A stretch of DNA of 64,000 nt from Tubulanus polymorphus. Taxonomy: Eukaryota > Animalia > Nemertea. Positions within the stretch are counted from its first letter, which is position 1. Each line of letters starts with the position of its first letter. Both the position numbers and the translations under genes were made by a program. This document shows positions 24,185 through 34,527 of this stretch, in pieces. The stretch spans positions 372,001-436,000 of the forward strand of contig NC_134029.1 of assembly GCF_964204645.1 (NCBI RefSeq), read 5' to 3'. The notes under the pieces were generated by a model. It had not been told where the DNA came from. It saw only the letters and a program-made list of their open reading frames with translations, and searched no databases.

Positions 24185-24595
24185 CTGAAACACAAACAAT
24201 TACATTTATTGTTAAACCTATCATTGACCCAGTTGCTCAAAGGTTGATTAACATTTGAGCAACTGCAGCCCTCAGTGTTCTCCCATATGCTGGCGGTTTA
24301 AAGGGGCTGTACTCATCGTTAAGTGTATTACAACATGGCTGTTGATGTAATAAGGCTTTTGATCCCCAAAAAATACAGAAAATCCAATTTTTGGTATAAT
24401 CTTCTATATTTCACATTAGCTCAATATATTTTAAAGCAATTATCCTCATTGATAGAATATTTACATCCAATCTGGCAGGGGCAACAGAAAAAAGGTGGCT
24501 GATTTTCAGAGGGATGGATGTAAAAATGAAAGGGATGGCCGGCCCTCTAAAACCTGTCCCGCGCAATAGAAGGGTTAATCCGGTGTTGAACTTAC

Positions 24596-24800
24596 ATGAT
24601 TGTATATGAAATCCATTTCTAGCTGTACAGCACCTTTGACTCGGCGGTTCAGTTTTTTGTCCTTTAAGGCGTACCATCTCTTCTCACCGTTCTTGATTCT
24701 CAATAACGGAATTACGACTTTTCCCAAGAATTCAAACTTACGATCGCGATCCTCGTCATAAACTGTGATCTCTAACATCGAGTGGATATCACGAACCGGG
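24596..24800 (-). CDS. MCTP: MCTP C2C domain, second half
   Basis: DIHSMLEITVYDEDRD..FLGKVVIPLL; phase 2-0. Confidence 0.95.
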
Positions 24801-25313
24801 CTGTAATCAGAAAAACAATTTACGCAATCTCAAAATCTCTGATATTAATGAATAACGCTGATTAGGGATGCAGTTACTCAAAAACTGGGCTTGTTCGTCG
24901 ACAACTTTAACCCTAGAAATTTACAATGAAACTTCACAGTCTAACTCATAGTTTTCATGAGCATTATGTTGATAACTTATAACAAATGATGATCTACGCA
25001 TTGTACATCTAATTAGTAATACAAATTACAACTCAAAAATAGAGATGACTTCAGTAATGTGAAGACTTATCCAAATGACGACTTACACTTAGTAAATTGA
25101 ATTAGAAATACAAATTGAGACTCGAAAATATAGAGACGATTTCAGTAATGTGAAAACTTATCAGATGAAGAGTTTGACGGCATTTACATTTGAAATGGAA
25201 TTCATAAATGTGAGTGAGTGAGCGAGTGAGTGAGTGAGTGAGTGAGTGTAGCCTCAAGTAAAATGTTTCATTTACAGAAAATATTCTGATTTGAAATACT
25301 CGAATGAACTTAC

Positions 25314-25510
25314 AATGTGAATATTTTACCCCATTCTGGACACAGCGTTTTGTATTCAGTATGAGTTTGACGTCTGGCGTTAACGACCTCTAATACACAG
25401 AACGGATCACTTTTACCGCCGATATCAGCAGACGCAAGACTCTGAGCCTTAAATACTTTACACTGTAACCAACCAACATCTCGGATATTCTTGAATGATT
25501 TCGCAACTCC
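25314..25510 (-). CDS. MCTP: MCTP C2C domain, first half
   Basis: [40 protein letters not shown]; phase 0-2. Confidence 0.95.
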
Positions 25511-25599
25511 CTAAAAATGTATCAAACAAATAAAACTAACTTTCATATGTATTTATGGTTAAGTTAATAGTTGAATACAATATTAAGTTATGGCGGAAC

Positions 25600-25886
25600 A
25601 TAATAATAATAATAATAATAATAATTAGTGCCTATAAAGCGCCTTTCCAATGAATGCTCAAAGTGCTGTCACTCAATTATTACCCAGCTTCTGTTACCAA
25701 TCCAGTACATTCTTACTCTCCCTAGGGAGATGCAACACCGATACGCTGCAGAGCGATCAAGGCGTCGTCAGCCAGTAGCAATTGTGAATTAATGCCTTGC
25801 CTAAGGACACTACAGCACAGCCGGGGTTCGAACACACAACCTCCCGATTGGGGGGCGAGCACTCTACCACTAAGCCACACTGCTCC
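25600..25886 (-). mobile_element. Full-length tRNA-derived SINE
   Basis: A box TGGCTTAGTGG, B box GTTCGAACC, core-like GTGTCCTTAGGCAAGGCA, 3' GCACTTTGAG..AAAGGCGCTTTATA, (ATT)n tail. Confidence 0.85.
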
Positions 25887-26097
25887 ACAAAACATCAGCT
25901 GAATGTGGTGTAGTTAAATACATGAAATACAGTACACATTGCCTAACTAGGGCAAACTGGGACTGGCAATATTAGTTAAGGCAAAAGTCCGAGCCAAGGA
26001 TTGGAAAATGATTTCGTTTGAAAGTCAGAAAATGATGATGTTTACGGAAGCCTGAGTTGGCCGTGTCTCAGTGCGAATTTGATGTTTTGATGCTTAC

Positions 26098-26287
26098 GTA
26101 TTTGCGTACGATTTCCTCGCGAGCTTTTCCATCTGGTAAATAATCACTGAGATCAGCCGCTCCTGTTTCACTACCTTGAGTTCCGGTAATAGTCACCAGT
26201 AATACAACTACTCCAGCTCCGTCCTCCAACTTCACTTCTACTGTATGAGTTACTTCACGATCTAAAGTTGTTAAATCAACTGTTGCC
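26098..26287 (-). CDS. MCTP: MCTP end of C2B and linker
   Basis: RATVDLTTLDREVTH..LEDGAG; AAG acceptor, donor gtaagc; phase 2-0. Confidence 0.9.
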
Positions 26288-26850
26288 CTTTTTAAACGAA
26301 ATTCATTCATTCAATTATTCATTCACAAAATTGGTTTTAAATTTCATGACATTTATATTCAATATTTTAGTAGTTGTGTTTTATCAATCTACATCAGTTG
26401 ACAGCTCTAGACCAATGAAAAGCCAGTAGTCGACCAATAGTATAAAAAGTATTCAGTCCACTCCATATTTTGATGTTTCATGATGCTTTAAATAGTTAAA
26501 ATGGTTTCATCTAGAATTTCTTTATCGATAATGTTTTATCTTGTAACATGCAGTAAACAGTTTTTATATCTTGAAATGTTTTGCTCATCGCCCAATTCAA
26601 GACGCTAATGCTACATGCTACTAGACTCATAGTTTGCTTGGTCAAACAGCTGTATTTCAACTAAAATGGCTGTGACGCCGAATCACGATATTGGACAACG
26701 TAAACTTGCGGAATGCTCATTAATTTCAGTAAAAGCGAGCTAAAGTATCAATGGTCCTTTATCATAATCTTAAAGTGTTATTATCTATAACACACTACTG
26801 TAACAGGTTCAGTCAAGACCATTCACAACAGTTACAAAGTATTCAATTAC

Positions 26851-26981
26851 CTTCCCATGAGATCATTCTTATCGGCGACATCGAAATCCCACACAGTCAC
26901 CTCTAACGTACTGGTCTGGTTATCGTACATATACAGTTCACACTGTTCTTTCCATCGCGGATTCAATGTTTTCATTTTAGG
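26851..26981 (-). CDS. MCTP: MCTP C2B middle
   Basis: KTLNPRWKEQ..LEVTVWDFD..NDLMGR; phase 0-2. Confidence 0.95.
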
Positions 26982-27290
26982 CTGAAATTTACAAACAGTT
27001 TCATCGGCTAAAGACTCATTCTAAACAAACATCAAATATTAGATGTTTAGATAGAAATAACATCAAACAAATTGAAGATGATTTATCAGTTTATATACTA
27101 CAGATGTGAATGTCGAAGGTTCATCCAAATGATGACTTGAAGTAAATTGAATAAGAAATACAAATTTAGACGACTTCAGTTGTGACGACTTATACAACAG
27201 AATCTATCTAAAATAGAGACGACTGTGCTGACTTATCCATGACTGAAGTGAGTTTGAGCATAATACAGATATATAACTGTAGTTACAAAC

Positions 27291-27470
27291 CTTTCCTTTG
27301 AATTTCTCATTTCCGAGTCTTAATTTAACGAATGGATCGCTTAATCCGTTGTCGTCCATAGGAATAAGATTTTTACCCTCGACTAACACGATGTGTACTA
27401 TAGAACTATATGTGTACGTTCCTTTCTTATTACGCCCGGATTCTGCCATTTTACTCGCTCGCAAGAAATA
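27291..27470 (-). CDS. MCTP: MCTP C2B start
   Basis: SSIVHIVLVEGKNLIPMDDNGLSDPFVK; 180 nt. Confidence 0.95.
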
Positions 27471-27533
27471 CTGAAATTATAGAAAATAAAAATCCTTTAA
27501 TTTAAACATCGTAGCAGCGCGTAGTTTGAATAC

Positions 27534-27813
27534 CAGATCCAGTTCCACACTTCCACAATTACTGGATCCAGTTCCACAGTTACTGGATCCAGTTCCACAG
27601 TTCTCAAAATATTGAGTTAAAACATTGGATTGGAAATGAACTCTTCAGTCAAATGAACTGAGATGTATGGATCTGAGCCATACTGCTGATTTCTGAATTA
27701 ATCATGACTCATCGATAGAACCTCAGATCCAGTTCTATAGACAGAGATTTAACTGGATAAATCTAAGATCAGCTTTACGTCAAATATATTCTATAACTGT
27801 GGAACTGGGTCTG
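27534..27813. mobile_element. MITE family with GAYCCAGTTCCACAGTT ends
   Basis: CAGATCCAGTTCCACA ... TGTGGAACTGGGTCTG; related ends near 29043-29190 and 30898. Confidence 0.5.
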
Positions 27814-28642
27814 AAATGTCACAAAAAATTGAGAAGATTAACGTAAATATTTACAACAAATGATTATATATTAATCATGCAACTCTTTAAAAAACAATCA
27901 ACAAAAACTAATATAAATATATATATATATATATTGACAAGATATTTGACAAGACTGTTCTATTTAAAATGGTCTCAGTGCAGGATGATACTGAGCATGC
28001 AATGCGCAAATAATCAATCACATCATAATCATCATCAAGCATCAATCGGAATCAGTTCATTCTGGGTCATAGAATGCTAACTGTACGGATTTCATTAAAT
28101 CAGAGATAGACCTGAAATTGATTAATCATTGAAATCAACTTTAACTATCTCTATCACACACACACACTAGAATAAAACTTATCTATAATCAGCACTGACC
28201 TCATCTCTCATACACAGTATATTCTGAACAAATTCCTACATCACAACCAAACTTACTGTTCAAATAAATCCCCAATAAAAAACTGTTCTTTAAACGTAAA
28301 ATACAGCAGTTTGAGATGTGTGTTTTCTATGATGGAACAGCCAGGTAGTACAGGTCTGTAAATATACCTGGATCCTAGCGTGAAAAATCAATCAAACATA
28401 CCGACCTACCGACATACCGACCACACCTTAGAATATTATTTTCATTAGAGCAATAACTACAGTGTTTCATACACAGCAGGGTACCCCTATTATATACAGA
28501 TACTGGACACAGTGATCATTATAGATACCAGCAGTAACATCTAAAACCAATTTAAATCCTCATAAATGGTATGTACAACTAACTATATGACACAATAATC
28601 GCTTAGATCCAAATATTTGAATAATGATGAAGATGAAAAAAC

Positions 28643-28759
28643 CTGTTTTAAAACGACGGTTTTCTTTAACAGTTTATCATCGTTTTCATTCTTATTTTCC
28701 TTTTTATCCATCATTTCATCAGATTTTATCATCAGAAGTATTTTGATGGGATGCTGCTC
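28643..28759 (-). CDS. MCTP: Candidate MCTP cassette exon EQHPIKILL...KKTVVLKQ
   Basis: 117 nt, phase 0-0, open; donor CAG|gttttt is weak. Confidence 0.4.
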
Positions 28760-30225
28760 CTAATGATTGAAGTGTCTTCTTATCAATGAATACTCAATGA
28801 CCACTCAGTAGACAGCGGTCAGACTGCTCACACAGTGGACAGTGGTCAGACTGCTCACACAGTAGACCGACTGGTGACAGTGGACAGATGTCACACAGTG
28901 GACAGTCGTCAATATAGATGATACTCGTTCGTAACATCTGTTGCAGAATTATACAACAACGAAATGAATTAATATCTGGCTCTAAACACAAGGATTTCAT
29001 AATCTGTAACATATATATATCTAAAATGACTCTAAAAGTCGATGACCCAGTTCCCCAGTTTTTAGTAAAGATTTCATTCAAGAGTTGAAACATTGAAAAT
29101 GAACTAATCTCAACTCTCAACTGTAACCTACGAGCAACCATTTCAGATAATTGCTCGTAGCTGTAACTCACAACTGTGAATCGGGATCCAAGTGTAGAAT
29201 GAGGTCATTTTTATAAATTCAATAGATTTCTGGATACACAAAATCCCTGATTTATCAATGAAGTAACACTGACTAAACTAACATTTTTTTGACAACAATA
29301 GATTTTGTAACTGCAGCAGGCACATGCTTTATGCAGGAGATGTAAATCAATTAAACACATATGTAACTACTGCAATGAATAAATGATTTGATTATTGATA
29401 ATCAGTAGGAGGGGGTAGTGGAGGGGGTAAATGCTACTGAGTTTAATTTGTTAGATTCAATTTCATAATCGATAATTCTATAATATCATATCATAACGAA
29501 ATCAGATTCAATCAATCAATATCGATTTGATTATAAAATCATAATACGAACTGTACAGGAGCTGTTTAAACATAGCATCATAGATGTGAAGACTTTTCAA
29601 TCAATGTGTTAAGTTTCAAAGTTTATTATTCCATAAAAGGTAAATATTATATAATGAGCACAGATGCTTCAGTATATTCAACTAAAATGGGGCTTGACTT
29701 TCATTCAATAAGATGTGATGTGATAATTACCTTAAGAAATTAAAATTCATCTCATCATTTTTAACCAAAGCCTCATCACATTTTAATTGAATATAGATCT
29801 TGACTTCTTAATTTGTGTATATGCACTATAGATATATATAGTTAAGTTTGAGGTGTGTCTTATACAATTACATGATTCCACTGTTGTTCCGCTAACAGAG
29901 TCGTATTGACTTTTCTAATAGGAATCTCAGCAGATTCCAGGGATACCCCTGTCATAGCTGGCAAATTCTCTAAAAACTGAAAATTAAATATTTATAAAAT
30001 ACTCAATAAATAGAATTAGATCTTTGCTAGTAATTCATAGATAAGAGGACACAGTTCCACAGTTCCACAGTTCCACAGTTCCACTTTAGATGGTTCAATA
30101 AGACAATCTAAAAAAATTCAGACCTAGAATTAAATTTCAACTGAGAACAATAGAACTTGGTCCAGATGGATAAATGGAGGTAAATAAATTAAAATCTGTG
30201 TTGAACAAGTGCCTACTCAATGAGC

Positions 30226-30480
30226 ACCCCAGGGATACCCGTAGGAGTACCCCGGGACACCCCAGGGATACCCGTAGGAGTACCCCGGGACACCCCAGGG
30301 ATACCCGTAGGAGTACCCCAGGGATACCCGTAGGAGTACCCCGGGACACCCCAGGGATACCCGTAGGAGTACCCCAGGGATACCCGTAGGAGTACTCCAG
30401 GGATACCCCAGGGATACCCGTAGGAGTACCCCAGGACACCCCGGGGATACCCGTAGGAGTACCCCAGGATACCCCAGGGT
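30226..30480. repeat. GC-rich 21/31-bp minisatellite
   Basis: CAGGGATACCCGTAGGAGTACCCC units. Confidence 0.95.
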
Positions 30481-30659
30481 TACTTTTTGAGTACTGTATA
30501 TATGACAATCTTTTGGTAAAAACAGGCACAAAATAACGGAACAAACAGCAACTAAAAATCTATCAGTATTTTGTGTAATGGATCGACTAGTCAGCCGATT
30601 GACTGATAGACTGATCAGCCGATTGACTGATAGACTGATCAGCTAATACTAAGACTAAC

Positions 30660-30710
30660 CTTCCCTGCAGTTTTACACTGAATTCCACCTTTAGAAGTAT
30701 GAGGAGAATG
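30660..30710 (-). CDS. MCTP: Candidate MCTP cassette exon HSPHTSKGGIQCKTAGK (C2A-C2B linker)
   Basis: Strong T-rich acceptor ..atctacgtag|, AAG|gttagt, 51 nt phase 0-0, open. Confidence 0.6.
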
Positions 30711-31573
30711 CTACGTAGATAAAAATATAGTAAAAGCAAAAAATACATCAATATATTTGTTATGATATATTCAAACAGACACGGAGAGAGTTTAAAAACT
30801 ATTACTCAAAGATAGTTCAGATAAACACCTTTAAAAAAATCATTTTAACCTACAGATAACTATCATTTACATTCAATTCCTTTAACTCTCAGTGTAGAGA
30901 TCCAGTTCCACAGTTCCATGGAGTTTAAATCTGAATCCACAATTTAAGTAGTTGAAACAGGATCCTCGAGTCAAATCTGACCAACCAATGACAGGTGGTG
31001 TGGATACTGGAGTTGCTATTTTTAAAAATTCTCGATTGAGACTTATCCACAGTTATCTAGAAGGTTGTTAAAACTAATCTATTGTGATATATTAGATTCT
31101 GAAACCACGAGATAAAGTTATTTCATGCTATAAAAATCTCCTATCGATATTACGTGCAATGACTGTATTTCAGAGGTCTACGTCCCATCCCTCCCTCTCC
31201 GTGAGTTGTATAGATTACTGATAGATGGCACATCAGTTCATGTCTGATTGTTCATGATGCAGAAATATTCTAGAATCTGCGTTTCTGCTAAGATATCCAG
31301 ACTTGTCGCAGTCTTTGTAAAATACCAATAATATTGACGATTTCGCAACAGAAAATAAGTTGAAAGTGTTGTTTTTGGTAGAATAGAGGCTTCTACCAAT
31401 CTTTAGAAATTTATTGATATATCAAATAAATCTGAAGATGGGTAGAAGACTATCTTAAACATCAGTGTTACAGATAATTGTCGTTAATCGTCAATATCGT
31501 GGGTGTATTTTCTATAAACCTCCGTTACTGCTATTAGAGACCCATTCACCAGTAGAATCAATTATTGTATTAC

Positions 31574-31685
31574 CTGTTCTTTCTCATCTTGTGTTTTAGG
31601 AACAAGTTTAACTGATAGTAATATGTATCCCATGTATCCTTCTTTACTCTTTGCTTCAGAAAGCATCAGTTTCATCTCTTGCAGC
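31574..31685 (-). CDS. MCTP: MCTP end of C2A
   Basis: LQEMKLMLSE..MGYILLSVKLVPK; phase 2-0. Confidence 0.92.
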
Positions 31686-31799
31686 CTGCGAAAATAAATA
31701 TAAAGAAAGAATATCTTAGTTTTCAGAGTCGGTAAACATAATACAAAATCAGGGGTCAATTTCAATCTGAAAGTTATTGGTTTATTTCAATGTTCCGTA

Positions 31800-32590
31800 T
31801 GAAGATGACTATTAGGATATAGTCGAAACGTTGAATAAACTACACTAGCTCAAGGAATACAGTATTCCTGAAGATGACTATTAGGATAAAGTCGAAACGT
31901 TGAATAAACTACACTAGCTCAAGGAATACAGTATTCCTGAAGATGACTATTAGAATATAGTTGAAACGTTGAATAAACTACACTAGCTCAAGGAATACAG
32001 TATTCCTGAAGATGACTATTAGGATAAAGTCGAAACGTTGAATAAACTACACTAGCTCAAGGAATACAGTATTCCTGAAGATGACTATTAGAATATAGTT
32101 GAAACGTTGAATAAACTACACTAGCTCAAGGAATACAGTATTCCTGAAGATGACTATTAGGATAAAGTCGAAACGTTGAATAAACTACACTAGCTGAAGG
32201 AATACAGTATTCCTGAAGATGACTATTAGGATAAAGTCGAAACGTTGAATAAACTACACTAGCTCAAGGAATACAGTATTCCTGAAGATGACTATTAGGA
32301 TATAGTCGAAACGTTGAATAAACTACACTAGCTCAAGGAATACAGTATTCCTGAAGATGACTATTAGGATATAGTCGAAACGTTGAATGAACTACACTAG
32401 CTCAAGGAATACAGTATTCCTGAAGATGACTATTAGGATATAGTCGAAACGTTGAATAAACTACACTAGCTCAAGGAATACAGTATTCCTGAAGATGACT
32501 ATTAGGATAAAGTTGAAACGTTGAATAAACTACACTAGCTGAAGGAATACAGTATTCCTGAAAATGACTATTAGAATATAGTTGAAACGA
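31800..32590 (+). ncRNA. 69-bp tandem array (~11.5 units) of minimal type I hammerhead ribozyme motifs
   Basis: Unit contains TATTC-CTGAAGA-T-GACTAT(TAGGAT)ATAGTC-GAA-ACGT-T-GAATA: stem I, core, stem II, palindromic stem III. Confidence 0.75.
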
Positions 32591-32791
32591 TTAATAGACC
32601 ACGGCTAGAATAACTGTGTGAATTGATAACATGTATCAATATTGAAACGACAATATTTTTGCCAGTGACTAAAAGCTTTTTGCAATTGATTAAAATCCAG
32701 TCAGCCAACCAGCCAGCCAGCTTGGTCCTATTATCCGTAGATTATTTGAAAGGATTCTAAAAAGGTTTCAATTGATTGAAAACTAACTCAC

Positions 32792-33014
32792 GTATTTAGA
32801 GGAAGATCTGAAGGTTTGATTTCCGCGAATCCCATGCTGTCGTCTTGAACACCTCGATCCCAATCGTAACATTTCACGTTGATAGCATGAAACGGATCTT
32901 CAATCGGTAAAATGAATTTCTCGTTCCAAGCCGGATTCAGGTTTTTGTGTATTGTACGACTTTTATACAGTTCTTTATGACCGAGCTTGAATTTCACGTA
33001 CGGGTCACTTGTAC
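32792..33014 (-). CDS. MCTP: MCTP C2A core
   Basis: GTSDPYVKFK..KNLNPAWNEKF..YDWDRGVQDDSMG; phase 1-2. Confidence 0.96.
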
Positions 33015-33374
33015 CTGTAACATAAAATACATACAGTTTATGAAAACGAGACCGTTGATGAAACACTTCAATTAAAGTCCTAAATGTTTCCTGGAGCTAT
33101 TAGTAAATTATTCCATTAATGTTTCAACTATATTCTAATTGGTCGTCTCAAGGAAACTCTTTTCATTATTCTCAGTGTGGGATTTTATTTGTAGTATGAA
33201 TGTATTTTATTTTTTTTTTTGGGGGGGGGGGGGTAAATCGTTTTTCATTTTAGTGCCAAAACTGAATAGAAGCCAGGATCCTGCTGCGTAGTTGCAGGAG
33301 TAATCATCATTTCCTAGAAATATTTCATCAATTTCAAGGAACTTATGTTATCTAGTTTGTTTATATATCTGGTG

Positions 33375-33715
33375 ACCAAATCCAGCCAATCACAGCTAGG
33401 GTTAGGGTTAGGGCTGTTTGTTTATATCAGGTGGCCAGCTTCAGCCAGTCAGAAGCTATGGTTTGTTTATATCAGGTGACCAGCTCTAACCAATCAGAAG
33501 CTAGGGTTAGGGTTAGGGCTATTTGTTTACATCAGGTGACCAGCTCCAGCCAATCAGAAGCTAGGGTTAGGGTTAGGGCTATTTGTTTACATCAGCTCCA
33601 GCCAATCAGAAGCTAGGGTTAGGGTTAGGGCTATTTGTTTACATCAGCTCCAGCCAATCAGAAGTTAGGGGTTTGTTTATATCAGGTGACCTGCTCTAGC
33701 CCAATCACAAGCTAA
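33375..33715. repeat. Degenerate ~50-60-bp repeat with CCAATCA and TTAGGG motifs
   Basis: CCAATCAGAAGCTAGGGTTAGGGTTAGGG units. Confidence 0.85.
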
Positions 33716-34229
33716 GTTGTGACCTGTTTGCTAGGTAAATAATGAACTGTTACATAGTGTGAGATAGTTTGACAGTTACTTGTCACACAATGATCACTGA
33801 GTTTAGTAATAATCTAACAAACTAAACATTTTGAACAAAATTCTAATCTACAACTGACTGAACCAGTACAATAGTTCAAGAAGTTTATATCAACAGATCT
33901 ACAGATTGTCAAAATGAACTCTTTGTATATGTATCTAGATCAAAATAGATAAATTCTAGTATAGATAACTTCAGATATGTTGATAAGCAATGCGGGTGTA
34001 CGATAGGGTTACTACTGGTTTTACTGTTGTTTTACTGATTGGTTTTATCTGTTGATGTTATTGATGGATATTAGGATGGACAGTGCCACTCTGCGCCTCC
34101 CCTTGAGAGATCTGATTGATCATCAACTGTCGTGAACTAATCCACAAGTCACAGATAACTAAATCAGTCTGCGACGACGTGGTAGTTTGTCTCTCAGTCT
34201 GATCACAGTAATTGGAAGAGGTCTCTTAC

Positions 34230-34338
34230 CACACGCGTCTCTAACAACCAGATCACGTCCTTCTTTCAAAATCACTTCTAATTCAAAGAATGGATATTTT
34301 TTCAGTTCTGCATGTCTCTGACGAATTAAAGCTGCTTC
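34230..34338 (-). CDS. MCTP: MCTP first common exon, start of C2A
   Basis: EAALIRQRHAELKKYPFFELEVILKEGRDLVVRDACG; phase 0-1. Confidence 0.93.
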
Positions 34339-34527
34339 CTACAATCAAATAACCGTAAATAAATCATTACTTATAGTAAATATATGTGTGAATATTTACA
34401 CAAACGCTATTAATAAAATAGGAATAATAAATACAACGTAGATTAACGGTAATAACTATTTACATTACGCAATTTGTAACATTTCATCTATATTTATAAG
34501 CTGTTAAGATGTAGATAAATGTAAAGC

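Noticed and set aside
25815-25886. Functional tRNA gene
   Set aside because: Continues into a SINE body and (ATT)n tail; stems imperfect
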